Below, one piece after another: positions 59,640 to 64,000 of a DNA stretch of 64,000 nucleotides (the first letter of the stretch is position 1; every line of letters begins with the position of its first letter). A program made the translations under genes and the position numbers. Origin of the DNA: an uncultured virus (IMG/VR IMGVR_UViG_2061766007_000378) (taxonomy: Duplodnaviria > Heunggongvirae > Uroviricota > Caudoviricetes). The DNA lies in IMG/VR virus record IMGVR_UViG_2061766007_000378, one strand, 5' to 3'. The notes under the pieces were generated by a model. The model made no database searches. It was not told the origin of the DNA and saw only the letters and a list, made by a program, of their open reading frames with translations.

Positions 59640-61703
59640 TTATTTCGCCTTTCTCCACTGATCATATACGTATTCATAATCTGAACCGATTATATCAGCC
59701 AGCTTTTTAAAGCAGCGTTCACGAATGCCAGAGTCATTAACTCCAAGAGTTTTATAAACATCTTGACGAGCGTCAAGCGCATTAAAGAGATCCATAAAAG
59801 TTACGCCGTCTTTTATATCATTTCCAAGATCATCTGTCGGAAAAGTTTCGCAATACCATTCTTTGATCTTCATAGACGGGGTATCGTCATTAGAATCTTC
59901 AGTAAGCGCAGCTTTATCAATCGATTTTTCATATCCTTCAAGTTCTTCTTTAAGCGCTTCATAAAGTTTGCGGCGCTGTCTATTATAATCTTTCTTAAAA
60001 GGATTTTTTTCGATTGCATCCTCGTTTTCTCTCTTAATCCGTTTGATCTGTTTTTCGATCTCTTTCTTCCCTTCTTCGTAAAAATATTTAGAATAATCGG
60101 CATCTGACAGTTTTGCTTTTTCTACAATAGGATCAGAACCCATAACAACAATATCTTCACGATTAAGATCCGTATATTGGATCAAGTATTCAACGATTGC
60201 TTCAATAGAATCGAAGTTATTAAAATTATTAATCAATCTTGCGTTCTGAATCTTCGCATTATAATTACCGATCGGCGTACCGTAATAAGAGTCGTTCTTT
60301 TTATAGATTACGTATTTGTTTGCTGAATCAGTAACCGTAGGAGCAGTAAATTTTACTTTGATCCATTTATACTTGCCATCTTTGTTTTCTAATGCTTCAG
60401 CTTCTTCTTTTGAAAATTCAGGAGCATCTTTAGAATACATGTACTGAGCTTTGCCATTACCAATATAAAACAATGCTTTATTATCATCAGTCATTGTATC
60501 GTCGGCATAGATGATATATTTTTCATTGTCTTCAATTTTTACATCTCCAATATCATAACCTTCAACAAACGTAAGTGGCTCGCCATGGGATTCAATCGCT
60601 TCTTGGCAATACGGACAGAGCCAACCAAGATTTACTTCTTTACGACAGTCTGATTTGGGATATTCTTCATCGCACCAAGCGCATTTTATAGTTTCTTCAT
60701 CATTATCTGTTATACGGCTATCTTCAATGGGCTGCTTTCTTCCGATAAAATAAGCATTTACTTCGTTTACTTTCCAGTCATCAGTAGCATAGAGAGAAAC
60801 CATAAACATATCGCTATAACCGTCAAGACTAAAATAATAATCTTTTCTATGTGCTCCGTCAACATCATACCATCCATCAATTTTCTCACGGATCGGTTCA
60901 TATCCCATTGCTTTAATGGGATCAATAACTTCATTAATATCGGCGTCATGATCCATAAATTTAGATACGGCGCTGAGATATTTACTAAGTTTTCTTTTTT
61001 CAGCTGCGGGTAACATAGCAAGCTTAGTATCTTTCATATCTCGTTTCTCCCAATAAGAATTTGCAACGGCAAACCGCTGTTTTCTGTCAGGGTATTCTTT
61101 CTTAGTTTCTTTCATAAAACGAGCAAGAAAATCTTTTCTGTTTTCACCTTTACGAGGATTAACGTCTTCGATTTTTGATTTGCTATCAATTATCTTTGCA
61201 ATTCCTGCTCGTCCTTCTTCGCATAATGCGATATGGTTACCACGGATATTAATCTGCTCGGGGTTATCTCCCTTAGTAATATCGCAATCATATCCGCAAG
61301 AAAGTTCGGTCCGAATTCCGTTTTCAATGTCATCTATTGTTTGAGCATCAGTGATAACAAGATCGCCGATCATTACGTCTTGCCCATTAAATTTTCCTTT
61401 ACGAATATTTCTCGTATGACCAACGGCATATTCAGAATAATTATCCGGGCCGACGTTTTCATCGGGATGTTCGATCGTAATCGGTTTATCTTCAAATGAC
61501 GCAAGAGCTTCTGTAGAGAATACCTGTTCGGGTTTTCTTTTCACTTTTATAAGTCTGTCTTCTCCATCAAAATCTTCATAGATTTCAGACATTAAATAAT
61601 CCTGTTCACCTGTACGAGCAAGGATTGCATCTTGACAAATCAAATATCCTTCTGGCGTCTTTGACTTATGCTCGCTAAGTTTTTCTTTAATAAGTATTCT
61701 CAT
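59640..61703 (-). CDS. DUF2213 prohead protease fused to a chain of cargo modules
   Basis: TPEGYL, ARTGEQDY, PITIEHP, ELSCGY, NHIAL..GRAG; then ~500 aa of small domains. Confidence 0.85.
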   Translation of the reverse strand: MRILIKEKLSEHKSKTPEGYLICQDAILARTGEQDYLMSEIYEDFDGEDRLIKVKRKPEQVFSTEALASFEDKPITIEHPDENVGPDNYSEYAVGHTRNIRKGKFNGQDVMIGDLVITDAQTIDDIENGIRTELSCGYDCDITKGDNPEQINIRGNHIALCEEGRAGIAKIIDSKSKIEDVNPRKGENRKDFLARFMKETKKEYPDRKQRFAVANSYWEKRDMKDTKLAMLPAAEKRKLSKYLSAVSKFMDHDADINEVIDPIKAMGYEPIREKIDGWYDVDGAHRKDYYFSLDGYSDMFMVSLYATDDWKVNEVNAYFIGRKQPIEDSRITDNDEETIKCAWCDEEYPKSDCRKEVNLGWLCPYCQEAIESHGEPLTFVEGYDIGDVKIEDNEKYIIYADDTMTDDNKALFYIGNGKAQYMYSKDAPEFSKEEAEALENKDGKYKWIKVKFTAPTVTDSANKYVIYKKNDSYYGTPIGNYNAKIQNARLINNFNNFDSIEAIVEYLIQYTDLNREDIVVMGSDPIVEKAKLSDADYSKYFYEEGKKEIEKQIKRIKRENEDAIEKNPFKKDYNRQRRKLYEALKEELEGYEKSIDKAALTEDSNDDTPSMKIKEWYCETFPTDDLGNDIKDGVTFMDLFNALDARQDVYKTLGVNDSGIRERCFKKLADIIGSDYEYVYDQWRKAK

Positions 61704-61724
61704 ACCTTACCTCATTTATAATAA

Positions 61725-63416
61725 TTATTTTTCAGATTCTTTTACAATAGAAAACTTATTTTTCGGTGCCTCTTCATGTTTATAAACTCTTCTAAACCCA
61801 TCGCTATTGCTTTTAATGTTTTTAATCAATTCATCACAAAGCTTATATAAACGATCATAAGGACCAAATGCTTCTCCAGTATCTTTATCTAAAGCATAGA
61901 ATCCGTCTTCATCAAAATCAATTTCAAATGGACCAATTTCATAAGTTTTATGATATTTAAAAAGCTTAGTAAGCCATTCGATATCTTTTAATTCATCAAT
62001 CCATTTCTGCTTTACTTCATTTTGATGATTAATCGGATTTATATCTTTTGCTTTAGAATCAGCAAAATTATATGTATTATATTCATTAATCATAAAATTT
62101 TTAAGCTCATCAATTGCTTCTTTATGATTATTAAAAAAGCTTTTAATGTGATTCCCATCATGATATACCCTTATCATGGTTTTTGGATCAATTTTTAAAA
62201 TTTCAAATGCGAAATCTTCATATGGATTTCCGATCATAACAACTTTTTTTTCTGGAAAATCATATGTGTAAACAAAATCTAACCCTTCTGCTACAGTATC
62301 AAAATCATATTGTTCATCCGATTTTAAAGGTTCAGAATCTCTAACTTTAGAATCCTGTAAGCTCTCATAATATTCATAATCATCCGGTTCTTCTTCACGC
62401 AGAGACGCTAACGGAATATCGTAAATATCGATCTGTTTATAACCGAGAGCGTTCAATACGCTGTCAAGGTTATCAGTATCATGACCAAGCTCTTCATCCT
62501 TATAAGTAACGAGGATCGCCTGTTTACCGCCAATAGTTACTTTCATGATCTTAAAATCAGCGGGATCGTCGCCGTATTTTTCCCACTCTTCCTCTTCAAT
62601 GACTTTGGCGTATTCAGGATCATCGGCCTTTAATTCAACAGCGTTTTCTTTAATATCATTAAGCGCTTCTTCAAAGCTGATATAGTCACCGGCCGGATCC
62701 ATCCATACATCGTCCGGATCGATTTCAAGATCGGTCCTATCAGAATATACTGCAAGTTCATAGCTTTCGGGATAGCTACCTTCCCAAGGACCGGTATAAC
62801 GGCCGGGATCATAACTAACGATTTTAACGGAATCTTTTGTCTGATTTTTTCTACGCATAGCGGTCTCCTTTTTATCTTCTTCAATTGTTTCTTCTGCTTC
62901 ACTGTACGTATCGGCAGATGCAAAGAACTTACGATTTTTCAGGATTTCAAAATGACCTTTAACTCTATTAATAATATAACTGTCTTCAGTCTCATCGATA
63001 GAATCTTTTGTTAAAATCTTTTTCTCATTCAGGTCAATTAATGCATGGCGTTCATACCTATCAAGAAGTCTCTTTGATTGATGCTTATCGGCGTCATCAT
63101 ATTCATCAAGAGCACATACACAAATGTTTCTAAAAACAACGTCATAGTATAATTTTCCGTCTGCGTTCTCGTCTTCAAAATCTCCTTGATCAATACCCTT
63201 CATAACGTCATCTATTGTAAGATCAAAAATCTTATCGAGAAGCGGTTTTACGTCTTCAAAAGTTACATCTTTGTATTCCTTTTCAAGGCCGCAAAAATCA
63301 AGATAGTTATTATTATATGTCGAAAGGTTTTCAACGACTTCATAACTTCCGGCAAAATACCTCCAACCGTTATTGTCAAACATAAATTCAACCACGGATT
63401 TGTATGCCATGTTCAT
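61725..63416 (-). CDS. Modular acidic protein, putative head cargo polyprotein
   Basis: TKDSI, TEDSY, TKDSV, LQDSK, VRDSE, FADSK separators. Confidence 0.65.
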   Translation of the reverse strand: MNMAYKSVVEFMFDNNGWRYFAGSYEVVENLSTYNNNYLDFCGLEKEYKDVTFEDVKPLLDKIFDLTIDDVMKGIDQGDFEDENADGKLYYDVVFRNICVCALDEYDDADKHQSKRLLDRYERHALIDLNEKKILTKDSIDETEDSYIINRVKGHFEILKNRKFFASADTYSEAEETIEEDKKETAMRRKNQTKDSVKIVSYDPGRYTGPWEGSYPESYELAVYSDRTDLEIDPDDVWMDPAGDYISFEEALNDIKENAVELKADDPEYAKVIEEEEWEKYGDDPADFKIMKVTIGGKQAILVTYKDEELGHDTDNLDSVLNALGYKQIDIYDIPLASLREEEPDDYEYYESLQDSKVRDSEPLKSDEQYDFDTVAEGLDFVYTYDFPEKKVVMIGNPYEDFAFEILKIDPKTMIRVYHDGNHIKSFFNNHKEAIDELKNFMINEYNTYNFADSKAKDINPINHQNEVKQKWIDELKDIEWLTKLFKYHKTYEIGPFEIDFDEDGFYALDKDTGEAFGPYDRLYKLCDELIKNIKSNSDGFRRVYKHEEAPKNKFSIVKESEK

Positions 63417-63511
63417 ATACCTCGCTTATAAAGTTTCTATTTATATTGTATATTAANNNNNNNNNNNNNNNNNNNNNNNNNNNNNNNNNNNNNNNNNNNN
63501 NNNNNNNNNNN

Positions 63512-63896
63512 AAGAAATATTAATTGTTTCATTATATACAGTATCAATATCTGCATAAAATGAATACACATGCGATTTCTGATCAACGGACGATTTATAA
63601 TTAATAATCGATCTAACCGCTGGGTGAGCATTAATAATATTTACGATTGCCGCGTCATTAATAGCTTTATTTCTTATCTTATTAAATAACGGCAACCCGT
63701 AATTAATACTATACCAAAGCTCACCCTGTATAATGCCAAGACGTGCGGTAAGCGATTTGCTCACCATTTCGGCATTATTTTCAATATAGTTTTCAGCCGG
63801 AAGTTTTCCGCCCGTTTCGGTATTCTTTCCACAGCTTCCGAACCAAACGATATTATAAGATCCGTCTTCCTGTTTAATAATATTCCTACACTTCAT
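63512..63896 (-). CDS. Baseplate wedge protein (gp25/DUF2634-like; 3' end in gap)
   Basis: LTARLGIIQGELWYSINYGLP...DIDTVY. Confidence 0.7.
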
Positions 63897-63906
63897 ATTT
63901 TACTCC

Positions 63907-64000
63907 TTAGGTAAATACGCCGTACCTGAATCCAGGTTCGTTCTGATGGCTATAATCCGGATCAAACGTATATTCATATTCACCCGTATATTCTGTATCG
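63907..64000 (-). CDS. C-terminal fragment of an upstream gene
   Basis: ...DTEYTGEYEYTFDPDYSHQNEPGFRYGVFT* then AAGGAG RBS of next gene. Confidence 0.5.
   Translation of the reverse strand, partial: DTEYTGEYEYTFDPDYSHQNEPGFRYGVFT

Overview
This is a gapped, strain-heterogeneous scaffold covering most of a tailed dsDNA phage with a contractile (myovirus-type) tail. The host is probably a low-GC Bacillota, inferred from the RBS/promoter style and protein families. Layout: (1) 1-10.8 kb is a locally jumbled early/terminal region with an AAA+/vWA pair, DUF1281, AP2, SNF2 helicase, HNH-NUMOD1, VRR-NUC and an AT-rich non-coding stretch. (2) 10.8-21 kb holds small accessory genes, two tRNAs and several tRNA-like RNAs. 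(3) 21-34 kb is a + strand replication/recombination/nucleotide block (SF3 helicase, PD-(D/E)XK nuclease, Sak4, SSB, primase-polymerase, ThyX, dUTPase, family B polymerase) ending in the large terminase. (4) 34-64 kb is a - strand virion block (fibres, giant Ig/MBG-repeat adhesin, papain-like protease, sugar-modifying enzymes, holins, tube, sheath, major capsid, DUF2213 protease, putative head-cargo polyproteins). The standout is a solitary RAMP/Cas7-like gene (11717-12310) directly preceded by a non-coding array with strict 5-nt periodicity (NGH-NN pentamers in blocks of 5n+1 nt). The array's promoter and 5' end appear as two allelic copies (12986-13132, 14907-15053). This looks like a CRISPR-independent, phage-encoded RNA-guided system of the VIPR type. 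Other notable signals: a strand-polar CGGCTT/AAGCCG hexamer heavily enriched in the first 10 kb, a CGGCTW-N20-TATAAT promoter class, tRNA-like RNAs with replaced anticodon arms, and Asp-Ser/Ala-punctuated polyproteins. All family assignments are by motif recognition, not database searches.
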